A program made the position numbers and the translations under genes. DNA of 64,000 nt from a virus: IMG/VR virus record IMGVR_UViG_3300045988_108148; one strand, given 5' to 3'. This document shows positions 18,745-27,044 of the stretch, piece by piece; the first letter of the stretch is position 1; the number at the start of each line of letters is the position of its first letter. The notes under the pieces are model-generated. The model was not told the DNA's origin. It made no database searches and saw nothing but the letters and a program-made list of their open reading frames with translations.

Positions 18745-20508
18745 ATGGTAATTAAAGTAAAAAATAATGGGGAATGGGTTAAGATACCATACCTGAGCTC
18801 GGATAACAATCCAATAATTCCAGAAGCTCCATTAGACGGTAAACAATATGCTAGACAAAGTGGTGAGTGGACAGTAGTCAACATACCAGAAGTAGATTTT
18901 ACTGAAATAAATAAAAAAATATCTCAAAACACTGCTGCTATTGCTGCTAATACTACAGCTATCCAAAGTAAAGTAGATAAGGTAGATGGATTTGGACTTA
19001 GTTCTAACGACTACACCTCTCAGGAGAAAACTAAGTTAGCAGGTTTAAGCAATTACACGTTGCCTACAGCTTCAGACACAGTTAAAGGTGGTATTAAAGT
19101 TGGTACAGGTTTAACCATGAATGGGGAAGTACTTAGTGCAACTGGTGGTGGTATGGCAGATTCAGTTGAATGGGATAATGTATTAAGTAAACCAGAATTT
19201 GCTACAGTTGCTACAAGTGGTGCATATAATGACTTAACTGGTAGACCAAGTTTAGCTACAGTTGCCACTTCTGGTAGTTATGCAGACCTTAGTAATAAAC
19301 CAACTATACCTACTGTGGATGTAACAAAGTCTTATGTAGATACACAATTAGCTACTAAAGCTAATGTAAGTAATGTATATACAAAAGCTGAAGTAGATAG
19401 TAAAGTTAGTAGTGTTTATAGAGTAAAAGGGTCTGTTGCTAGTTACGCTAACTTACCTACTGTGGATGTAACAATAGGCGATGTTTATAATGTTAATGAT
19501 ACTGGTGCAAACTATGTGGCTACATCTACTACACCAACATGGGATAAACTCAGTGAAACTGTAGATTTATCTGGTTATGCAACTACTGCTGCAATGAACT
19601 CAGCATTAGGTAACAAGGTTGATAAAGTATCAGGGAAATCCCTTAGTACAAATGATTATACTACAGCTGAAAAAAATAAGTTAGCTGGTATTGCAGCTAG
19701 TGCAAATAATTACAGTTTGCCTGCAGCTACTTCATCTGTGTTAGGAGGTGTTAAAACTAGTACTGGTATTACTAACTCATCTGGTACAATTAGTGTAACA
19801 TATGGTACTGCAGCTGGAACTGCTTGTCAAGGAAATGATTCGAGACTAAGTAATTCTCGTCCAGCATCTGATGTTAGTGCTTGGGCTAAAGCTAGTACAA
19901 AACCAACTTATGCTTGGACTGAAATTACAAGTAAACCTAGCTGGATTGGTTCATCTAAGCCCACCTATACAGCATCTGAAGTTGGTGCGTTAGCTAGTGG
20001 AGGTACTGCAGTAAATGCATCGAAAGTTGCCAATTCATTTATATTTAAAGTAGCAGGAGGAAGTACAGAAGGTACAAATTTGTATACCTTTAATGGATCT
20101 GCAGCTAAAACAATTAATGTAGTAGCTGGTAGTAATGTAACCCTTACTCCTACTGCAGGACAATTAAGTATATCTGCTAAAGATACCACATATGCAGTTG
20201 CTACCACATCCGCTAACGGTCTAATGAGTTCTGCAATGGTAACCAAATTAAATGGTGTAGCCACTAATGCTAATAATTATTCATTACCAACAGCAACCAG
20301 TTCTGTATTGGGTGGAGTAAAAACTGGAAGTAACATTACAAATTCTTCTGGAACTATTTCTTTAAGCAGTGGTAATGTAACTAGCGCACTAGGCTACACA
20401 CCTGTTAAAAATGAATCTGGTGTAGCAAGCATTAGGGTTATGACTCAATCTGCATATGATGCATTATCAAGTAAATCAGCAACAACGTTATATATAATTA
20501 CAGGTTAA
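18745..20508 (+). CDS. tail fibre protein (587 aa) with internal modular repeats
   Basis: It has three LS.NDYT..EK.KLAG - NY(T/S)LP.A(S/T)..V.GG(I/V)K modules and ATVATSG.Y.DL repeats. Thr/Ser/Gly-rich. Confidence 0.75.
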   Translation: MVIKVKNNGEWVKIPYLSSDNNPIIPEAPLDGKQYARQSGEWTVVNIPEVDFTEINKKISQNTAAIAANTTAIQSKVDKVDGFGLSSNDYTSQEKTKLAGLSNYTLPTASDTVKGGIKVGTGLTMNGEVLSATGGGMADSVEWDNVLSKPEFATVATSGAYNDLTGRPSLATVATSGSYADLSNKPTIPTVDVTKSYVDTQLATKANVSNVYTKAEVDSKVSSVYRVKGSVASYANLPTVDVTIGDVYNVNDTGANYVATSTTPTWDKLSETVDLSGYATTAAMNSALGNKVDKVSGKSLSTNDYTTAEKNKLAGIAASANNYSLPAATSSVLGGVKTSTGITNSSGTISVTYGTAAGTACQGNDSRLSNSRPASDVSAWAKASTKPTYAWTEITSKPSWIGSSKPTYTASEVGALASGGTAVNASKVANSFIFKVAGGSTEGTNLYTFNGSAAKTINVVAGSNVTLTPTAGQLSISAKDTTYAVATTSANGLMSSAMVTKLNGVATNANNYSLPTATSSVLGGVKTGSNITNSSGTISLSSGNVTSALGYTPVKNESGVASIRVMTQSAYDALSSKSATTLYIITG

Positions 20509-20509
20509 T

Positions 20510-21187
20510 ATGATAAAGTTAGGAAGTACAGATATAACAAATGTAATGTTGGGAACAACTAAGGTGGACGCAATATTTCTTGGCAATACGAAAGTGTATC
20601 CAAATCCACCTGTAGTAGAAGGAGTATATGTATATCACGTGGATAAGAAATTTTATACTTTTCCTGAATTTCAAAAATTATCCAATACTGCTATATCACA
20701 AGTTCTTGGATTTGCTATTATAGATAATCAAGGTTCGTTTTTATTGCCACCTAGAGTAAATCTATCTAATGGCTACAGGTGGTGTCCTGAAAATTTTGAT
20801 ACTTTCCTAGTACCAGATGTTGGAATTGGTGTTGATGATATTAATGGTAGACAAAATACAGAAATAATGCACGATACCTTTCAAAATGTTGCTGGATCAA
20901 ATGAGTATGCTGCTGGATATGCATATCGTTTTACTCCTGTACCGATTGGTACTAATTGGTATTTACCATCTATTGGTGAACTTATTATAATTTACATGTA
21001 TATGTCAGAATTGAATGATTGGGTATTTGATACATTTGGCTTTTCTTATTTTGGTTATAAAGCTCTTTGGTCTTCCACACAACAAGATGCTACTACAGCT
21101 TGGCAATTAGATATTTCTGGTAGTGCATACAATACAGTAGCAAAGAGAACCCTCAACGCAGCACTCCCAGTAATTAAATTAGGTTAA
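20510..21187 (+). CDS. DUF1566/Lcl-C-like (C-type-lectin-fold) small fibre-associated protein
   Basis: The motifs WYLPSIGEL ... ALWSSTQQDATTAWQLDISGSAY match the DUF1566 pattern (W.LP...EL ... WSST ... AW). It lies immediately after a fibre gene. Confidence 0.5.
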   Translation: MIKLGSTDITNVMLGTTKVDAIFLGNTKVYPNPPVVEGVYVYHVDKKFYTFPEFQKLSNTAISQVLGFAIIDNQGSFLLPPRVNLSNGYRWCPENFDTFLVPDVGIGVDDINGRQNTEIMHDTFQNVAGSNEYAAGYAYRFTPVPIGTNWYLPSIGELIIIYMYMSELNDWVFDTFGFSYFGYKALWSSTQQDATTAWQLDISGSAYNTVAKRTLNAALPVIKLG

Positions 21188-21282
21188 CAATAACCGCTAT
21201 TACTTAGGATAGTGTCAATTTGTAAATAAAGAACTTTTAAACCTTATTGACGTTTACTAAATAAACTGTCAAAAGATATCAG

Positions 21283-21321
21283 AACGCTAGCTAATCTTGT
21301 ATTGGTTAGCGTTTTGTTTTT
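21283..21321 (+). terminator. rho-independent terminator
   Basis: Stem aacgcta / tagcgtt with a 17-nt loop, followed by ttgttttt. Confidence 0.55.
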
Positions 21322-21347
21322 CAATCATCCTCTTTCAAATTGTTGTA

Positions 21348-21893
21348 ATGTTACAAAGACTAAATAATATTATATTAACGGCTCAAAGTGTAGCTACAGT
21401 GAATTACTTTAAAGAATTAGTTAATGATGGACCAATTAAATTTATTGCCTGTTTACTTTCTGGCATAATGGGTTGGTTATCTACATTCTTTGCTCCCATA
21501 TATGCAGTAATAATTGTAGTATGTGTATTTATATTATTAGACGCAATTCTTGGTACGAAGGTATCAATTACTCATGGTGGTAAGTTTGAGTCTAGAAGAT
21601 TGTGGTCTACTTTAAAGAAATTCGGAAATTGTGCAATGATAATTTCTTGTTGTCATCTTATGGACACGGAGATATTAAAGTCGATAGACATGCATTTGGT
21701 AGAAGGATTTTCAGGAATTGTTTGTGGAGTTGAGTTGTGGTCAATGATCGAAAATCTCCAAGCAATTGACCCCACTGGACCATGGAAGATCTTCAGTAAG
21801 TTCATACGGAGCAAAGGAGAAAAGTATTTGGATATTACAATAGAAAAAGATGATTTACCAAAGATAAAGAAACTTGTAAAAAAGATAAAATGA
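21348..21893 (+). CDS. holin-like membrane protein (Phage_holin_4_1-like)
   Basis: The start is moved to ATG 21348 because the ORF-track start at 21297 lies within the terminator. It has several TM helices plus the motifs ILLDAILGTKVSI..GKFESRRLWSTLKKF and ELWSMIENLQAI. Confidence 0.55.
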   Translation: MLQRLNNIILTAQSVATVNYFKELVNDGPIKFIACLLSGIMGWLSTFFAPIYAVIIVVCVFILLDAILGTKVSITHGGKFESRRLWSTLKKFGNCAMIISCCHLMDTEILKSIDMHLVEGFSGIVCGVELWSMIENLQAIDPTGPWKIFSKFIRSKGEKYLDITIEKDDLPKIKKLVKKIK

Positions 21894-22498
21894 TATTTTC
21901 CAAAGTAAAGATAGCTATTGCTGTTATTTTTAGTTTACTATTGTTTAATAATGTCAGACTTGCTAAGAAAGTAAATGACTTAGATAAACAAGTAGGAATT
22001 GCAATGAATAATGCTCAAGTGTGGGCAGATATTGCAAATCAAAATAGAAATGAGGCAAGATTATTGGAATTAACAGTAAATGATTTTAAAAATTCTAATG
22101 ACAGTCTAATAAAGGTCGCCAGGGATCAACAGAAGAAGCTAAATATCAAAGATAAGCAACTACGTCAAGTAGCATCCACTGAGACCGTAATTAGAGATAC
22201 CACAGTAAGAATAATCCCTTCAAAAGAAAAGGATTTCTGTGTAGAGCTAAAACCAAATCAATTGACAACCATCACGGTGGCTAGAAAAGATAGCGTGTTC
22301 ACACATACTATGGAAATACTAAATCATCAAGATTTATTTGTATACGAAGATAAAGTCTATAGAAGACGTTATAAGAATTGGTTTCAAAGATTAATTCACT
22401 TCGATTTTAAAAAAGATAAAATCAGTAAATATCAAATTATAAACTCTAATGATTTAATTCAAGTATTAGATACTAGAGTAATACATATATCAGAATAA
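21890..22498 (+). CDS. N-terminally membrane-anchored coiled-coil protein (spanin-like position)
   Basis: ATGA overlap with the holin-like gene. N-terminal TM IAIAVIFSLLLF. The function is only a positional inference. Confidence 0.3.
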   Translation: MIFSKVKIAIAVIFSLLLFNNVRLAKKVNDLDKQVGIAMNNAQVWADIANQNRNEARLLELTVNDFKNSNDSLIKVARDQQKKLNIKDKQLRQVASTETVIRDTTVRIIPSKEKDFCVELKPNQLTTITVARKDSVFTHTMEILNHQDLFVYEDKVYRRRYKNWFQRLIHFDFKKDKISKYQIINSNDLIQVLDTRVIHISE

Positions 22499-22545
22499 TT
22501 GCAATACATTTCAATTTAGTGTTAATCAATAAATAAATTGAAACT

Positions 22546-23307
22546 ATGCATTTGAACAAATTATTAGAACAAATTAAACGCCATCAATCCCCTACAGAAG
22601 CTATAGATAAGTTGGCAACAGCTTTAGAGAAGCATGAAGGTAGCCTGTTGGAGAAAGGCTTCACTATTTTAAAGTCAGAATTGGCTGCAAATATGTATGA
22701 AGCTATAAATGGCCCTCATTTTGATGAGGAACATGCTCATTACGCAGTAGAGGGTATGGAAAATGAGGATGGTACAAAAGGACCTCACTGGACGGTTGAA
22801 GAGACAACGTCCGTTGCCAATCAAATGGGCATAAACTTAAAATCAGAGAAACATAACAAGTGGGACTGGTTTGTTGCTATGAATATGATATATTCAGACT
22901 TTTATAAAGCAGTAGTAGCAATGACTGGTAGCGCAAATACCAAATATTTCGCAGAATTAGCTAAAGCTTGGCTTTGTGACAAAGACATTTCAGAAGGCAA
23001 GATGTGGCACTACTATGTGTACATTATGTGTGACGACGAAGAAAACGATTATAAAGCATACGAACGTATGCACAGAGATCGTGAAGAAGAATATGGTCGT
23101 TATGCAAGACGTTCTGGTAGAATGGAATACGCAAATAAAGAAAACGATTACCGATATCCTTACTCTAAATATTATGACGAGTATGAAAGACCTGGTCGTA
23201 ATAGATATTATGAGTTAGATTATGATCGTGAAGATCGTGAAAAAGAAATGCGTGACCGTGATAAAGAATCCAGAGATAGACGTAACACATCTGTTAGATA
23301 TTTCTAA
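22546..23307 (+). CDS. hypothetical protein with NEDGTKGPHW domain and Arg/Asp/Glu/Tyr-rich tail
   Basis: The motif MENEDGTKGPHWTVEETTSV...AMNMIYSDFYK is recognisable as a recurrent phage family of unknown function. The C-terminal 90 aa are low-complexity RD/RE/Y. Confidence 0.55.
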   Translation: MHLNKLLEQIKRHQSPTEAIDKLATALEKHEGSLLEKGFTILKSELAANMYEAINGPHFDEEHAHYAVEGMENEDGTKGPHWTVEETTSVANQMGINLKSEKHNKWDWFVAMNMIYSDFYKAVVAMTGSANTKYFAELAKAWLCDKDISEGKMWHYYVYIMCDDEENDYKAYERMHRDREEEYGRYARRSGRMEYANKENDYRYPYSKYYDEYERPGRNRYYELDYDREDREKEMRDRDKESRDRRNTSVRYF

Positions 23308-23347
23308 TTATCAAATTATATATAAATCAATTAAATTATAAATCATT

Positions 23348-24292
23348 ATGTTAGAAAACGAAAGAATTATTGTACAAGACCGTGGTGGTATTGATGCTGG
23401 TATCGCTGCGTTAATGCAGAATGCTAATAAAGGTTTTGACCCCGCTGCTTTAATGGCCATGATGAACAATGGTAATGGCATGTTCGGTGGTAACGGTGGT
23501 TGGTGGTGGATCTTCATCATCGTGCTCTTCTGGATGTGGGGCGGATGGGGTGGAAATGGCTTCGGTCGTGGAAACCAAGCAGAAACAAATTCGGATTTCG
23601 CTCGTTTAGCTGCTATGGGTAATCAAAACAACAATACAGACTTATTGATGCAAGCAATCAATGGTAATAAAGATGCAATCAATACATTATCTACTAATCT
23701 GAACTGCGACGTTAAGTCAATTGACAACGCTTTGTGTTCTATCCAGAATGCAATTGGTAAAGTTGGCGGTGAAGTAGGTTTCTCTGCAGAAAGAGTAATT
23801 AATGCAGTTAACGCAGGTGACTGCAATGTTATCAAAGCTATTAGTGACTGTTGCTGCACAACTCAACGTTCAATTGATTCAGTTAATTTGAATCTGACTC
23901 AGATGAATGCTGATAACAGATTGTCTATCTGTCAGCAAACTAATACTTTGCAGAACGCTATTACTTCAGGTTTCAATACCTTGTCTAGTGAAAATGCTAC
24001 AAGATTCAACATTCTTGGTGCTAAGATAGATGCTCAGACTCAAATGATAAATGACAAGTTCTGTCAATTAGAGATGAGAGAAATGCAGAATAAGATCGAC
24101 ACATTACGTGACGAAAAGAATGCATTGCAATCTTCTGCATTGCTACAACAACAGACTTCTAATATCGTTAGTCAAATTAGACCTTGTCCGGTTCCTGCTT
24201 ACTTAACATGTAATCCTTATGGATGCAATGGTGGGTTGAATGGATACGGTTATGGTTATCCTTATGGATACGGCGATAGCTGTTGCGCTTAA
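23348..24292 (+). CDS. membrane protein with Gly/Trp-rich TM segment, Cys-containing helical region and YG-repeat Cys tail
   Basis: GGNGGWWWIFIIVLFWMWGGWGGNGFG; central Q/N-rich helices with C..C and CCC; C-terminus CNPYGCNGGLNGYGYGYPYGYGDSCCA. Confidence 0.55.
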   Translation: MLENERIIVQDRGGIDAGIAALMQNANKGFDPAALMAMMNNGNGMFGGNGGWWWIFIIVLFWMWGGWGGNGFGRGNQAETNSDFARLAAMGNQNNNTDLLMQAINGNKDAINTLSTNLNCDVKSIDNALCSIQNAIGKVGGEVGFSAERVINAVNAGDCNVIKAISDCCCTTQRSIDSVNLNLTQMNADNRLSICQQTNTLQNAITSGFNTLSSENATRFNILGAKIDAQTQMINDKFCQLEMREMQNKIDTLRDEKNALQSSALLQQQTSNIVSQIRPCPVPAYLTCNPYGCNGGLNGYGYGYPYGYGDSCCA

Positions 24293-24297
24293 TAAGA

Positions 24298-24304
24298 AAG
24301 GAGG
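24298..24304 (+). promoter_or_regulatory. Shine-Dalgarno-like AAGGAGG 5 nt upstream of ATG 24310
   Basis: Read directly from the sequence. It is unusual because the other starts I checked in the window lack SD-like sequence. Confidence 0.5.
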
Positions 24305-24309
24305 CGATT

Positions 24310-24708
24310 ATGTATCCTTTCGTATTTAATCCATTTGGTAGAAATAACACCGTAAATATTTTAGATCTAGTAATACCTAAAGTAAAAACTATAGCAATAG
24401 GTGAATCCACTGAAAATGTAGTATTAGGTATCTGCCCTAAAGTATGGTGTAGATTACCCAAAGAAGGTGTAATTGTTTTGGAAGTTAGACACACAGCAGA
24501 AGCTTCAGGAGCTAGTCTACCTGTATTTATCTCGGTTTCTGGTTCTGTAAGTACTGCTTCAAATACTCGCAATATACCTTTAGTAAATGCTTCAAGTGAG
24601 CCAATTACTGGTTCACAAGTTAGTGCTGGGAACAGATACATCGCATATTTTAATAAATGTGACAATGTAATACAGTTGATGAATTATACTCCTGCACCAG
24701 CTGCCTAA
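24310..24708 (+). CDS. hypothetical protein (133 aa from ATG 24310)
   Basis: ORF 24283..24708; ATG 24310 is preceded by AAGGAGG. No motif recognised. Confidence 0.5.
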   Translation: MYPFVFNPFGRNNTVNILDLVIPKVKTIAIGESTENVVLGICPKVWCRLPKEGVIVLEVRHTAEASGASLPVFISVSGSVSTASNTRNIPLVNASSEPITGSQVSAGNRYIAYFNKCDNVIQLMNYTPAPAA

Positions 24709-24722
24709 ATATTAATCAAGAT

Positions 24723-24762
24723 ATATGGGCAGCTATGAGAGTTGCCCATATTCTTTAAATTT
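24723..24762 (+). terminator. rho-independent terminator
   Basis: A 9-bp stem atatgggca / tgcccatat with an 11-nt loop, followed by tctttaaattt. Confidence 0.55.
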
Positions 24763-24770
24763 ATAAAGAT

Positions 24771-25364
24771 ATGACATTCTCTCAGTTAACGTCGGGTACT
24801 AGAATACACGTACTCGAAATAACAGGTACTTTTAAAAAGAACACAACGTACAGTTTAGGAACGGTAGTCAGTGTATCAAAACCCTATGACGAACCAGTGC
24901 CACCGACACAATTTCCGATGCCTATGCAAAATAGACGTAAGCTCGTGGATCTAGTGATTTCGTGTGATGGTGAACAAAGAAAACTGTCAGTATCTGAAGA
25001 TAAAACAATGATGACCGATTCATCCATCGGTCTTACTATAGCCACAGAAAAATCACAAATTGTTAACATGGTTAGACAATCTCTTGATGATTGTAGAATT
25101 AAGAAAGAAAGCTTAAGTAAGATTGATGAGGAGATGAGGAGATGTGAAGACATCTTAAAAATACTTAATGTAAATTCGGACATAACAACCAATGTGACAA
25201 AAGATTTCAAAGAACTTGATGACTTAAAAGCTGAAGTGAAAGAGCTTAAACAACTTTTACAAAACGTATCTGCTGTTCGTCCGGAAGTAATAAAAAATAC
25301 TCCACCTAATTCTACTGAAGACAAAAAAGTAGAACCAGAAGGAGAAATAAAAAAAGAAATCTAA
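24771..25364 (+). CDS. hypothetical protein (197 aa), C-terminal coiled coil
   Basis: Long ORF bracketed by two terminators. No motif recognised. Confidence 0.5.
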   Translation: MTFSQLTSGTRIHVLEITGTFKKNTTYSLGTVVSVSKPYDEPVPPTQFPMPMQNRRKLVDLVISCDGEQRKLSVSEDKTMMTDSSIGLTIATEKSQIVNMVRQSLDDCRIKKESLSKIDEEMRRCEDILKILNVNSDITTNVTKDFKELDDLKAEVKELKQLLQNVSAVRPEVIKNTPPNSTEDKKVEPEGEIKKEI

Positions 25365-25369
25365 AACAC

Positions 25370-25403
25370 AAAGGTTGGCTATTTAGTCAACCTTTTTTAT
25401 TTT
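25370..25403 (+). terminator. rho-independent terminator
   Basis: An 8-bp stem aaaggttg / caaccttt with a 10-nt loop, followed by tttatttt. Confidence 0.7.
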
Positions 25404-25410
25404 AAATAAT

Positions 25411-25824
25411 ATGAGCACATTATACAATAACAAATATGATATCCTAGCTAGTACAATCCAACCTAATCCTGCTTCTGTTAAATATTGGGCAGATTTATCA
25501 TCTAACCCAAATGGTGGTGATTTGAAATATTTTAATGGTAATACATGGGTGCTGGTTAATAACAAAGCCACTGAAGACATCAGTACGTTAAAACAAGATG
25601 TTGAAGATTTAAAAACTAATAAAGTTGACAAAGTAGAAGATAAACAGTTATCGACTGAAGACTATACTACTGCAGAAAAAAACAAGTTAAAAGGATTGTC
25701 TAATTACAATGATGCCGAAGTAAGAGAATTAATCTCAGCTTTAGCTCTTAGAGTGGGAACATTAGAAACTGACTATGAAGCATTAGAAGCTAGAGTTGCT
25801 GCATTAGAAACGCCAGCTGCATAA
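25411..25824 (+). CDS. short fibre-like protein (137 aa) sharing N-terminal and repeat modules with the large fibres
   Basis: PNPASVKYWADLSSNPNGGDLKYFNGNTWVLV parallels PNPDQVGYWVDLGADSKGRIIKVYNRDIEKWIVL of the 1593-aa fibre. It also has LSTEDYTTAEKNKLKGLSNY and a C-terminal coiled coil. Confidence 0.6.
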   Translation: MSTLYNNKYDILASTIQPNPASVKYWADLSSNPNGGDLKYFNGNTWVLVNNKATEDISTLKQDVEDLKTNKVDKVEDKQLSTEDYTTAEKNKLKGLSNYNDAEVRELISALALRVGTLETDYEALEARVAALETPAA

Positions 25825-25825
25825 A

Positions 25826-26257
25826 ATGGAATTAAAATTAAATAGAATCTTTCTAGGTAGTTCTGCAACCATTGGAGAATTGTATGTTGATGGGGAACAC
25901 ATAGCAGACACTCTTGAAGATAGAGTGAGACCAGAAGGAGAAAAAGTTTATGGTAAAACTGCAATATCCGAAGGTACTTATGAAGTTAAATTAACTTATT
26001 CACCAAGATTCAAGAAAATATTACCAGAAATACTTAACGTACCTAATTTTAGTGGGATTAGAATTCATAGTTTAAATAAAGCTGAAGAGAGTGAAGGATG
26101 TATTGGGGTTGGTGAATGGAATGGCAAAGACACGAATTGGATTTCTAATTCTAGGAAAACATTTAATAAATTGTTTGCATTACTAGAAGAAGCAAACAAC
26201 AATAAAGAAAAAATCACAATAACTATAAATAACTCATGGAAAGCTGTAAAGAACTAA
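25826..26257 (+). CDS. DUF5675-like protein; candidate cell-wall-acting (lysis) enzyme
   Basis: The pattern TIGELYVDG...TLED...ISEGTYEVKLTYSPRFKK..PEILNVPNFSGIRIHS.N....SEGCIGVG matches my recollection of the DUF5675 family. Any function is inferred. Confidence 0.4.
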   Translation: MELKLNRIFLGSSATIGELYVDGEHIADTLEDRVRPEGEKVYGKTAISEGTYEVKLTYSPRFKKILPEILNVPNFSGIRIHSLNKAEESEGCIGVGEWNGKDTNWISNSRKTFNKLFALLEEANNNKEKITITINNSWKAVKN

Positions 26258-26976
26258 GAGAAAATAACCCATATCTTTTTAATTCTTGGAGAGCTATTCT
26301 CTATACAGAGAAAGGAAGGAAAGCAGGAGTTGTTAATGACTGGAGAAAATTTCCTGTCTTCTATGAAGATGTGCATAAAAGTTATAAAAAAGGTCTCAGA
26401 TTGAGTAGGAAAGATAAAAATAAACCGTTTGGACCGGATAACTTTGAATGGGTAACTAACTTAGAACTTGCACAAACAAATACACACACAATAAGACTTA
26501 CTTACAATGGAGAAACTAAAACTTTGCGTGAGTGGTCAGAAGAATACGGAATGTCTTATAATGGTTTGTTAATAAGATATTTAAAGAATAAGAATTACAC
26601 AATTGAAGAAATCTTGTTTGGAAAGAAATACAAATCTAAAGGAAAGCCTAGAGAATACAATTTGTATACAAGAGCTTCTAAATTACTATCTGCATACAAA
26701 CTAAAAGATTGGAAAGCTGATAGAGAATTTAATTTAGATAGAGACTGGTTTGTAAAAAATATTCTTAAATCTCAATGTATATACTGCGGAAGCAAAGAAA
26801 AACTAGGTTGCGATAGAATAGATAATTCCAAAGGTCACACTTACGACAATGTAGTGCCATGTTGCTACGTTTGTAATTGTGCTAGAAATAACAATTTTTC
26901 ATTTGATGAAATGAAGATTCTAGGTAAGACAATTAAAAAAATAATGGAGGACAGACTAAGTGGAAATGGTAATTAA
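26236..26976 (+). CDS. HNH homing endonuclease
   Basis: C-terminal HNH/zinc motif CIYCGSKEKLGCDRIDNSKGHTYDNVVPCCYVCNCARNN. The N-terminal TLREWSEEYGMSYNGLLIRY region is a DNA-binding-type module. It overlaps the upstream gene by 22 nt. Confidence 0.8.
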   Translation: MESCKELRENNPYLFNSWRAILYTEKGRKAGVVNDWRKFPVFYEDVHKSYKKGLRLSRKDKNKPFGPDNFEWVTNLELAQTNTHTIRLTYNGETKTLREWSEEYGMSYNGLLIRYLKNKNYTIEEILFGKKYKSKGKPREYNLYTRASKLLSAYKLKDWKADREFNLDRDWFVKNILKSQCIYCGSKEKLGCDRIDNSKGHTYDNVVPCCYVCNCARNNNFSFDEMKILGKTIKKIMEDRLSGNGN

Positions 26977-27044
26977 TACTAAAAGACATTCGGAGCTTAT
27001 GAACATATTAGATAGTTCGGAATGGGTTAATAAAGAAGATTATT

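Noticed and set aside
19051-20367. CRISPR-like regular repeats
   Set aside because: The about 90-nt repeats are diverged, in frame and coding (fibre modules), with spacers of about 570 nt. No short identical direct repeats with unique spacers occur anywhere in the window.
21060-21187. A second VR in the DUF1566-like gene
   Set aside because: I found no similarity to the TR (17140-17239) when comparing the 3' end by eye.
24177-24665. 162-aa minus-strand ORF spanning two plus-strand genes
   Set aside because: It runs antisense across a gene boundary and a plus-strand SD/ATG. It has no start context or motif and lies within a uniformly plus-strand operon.
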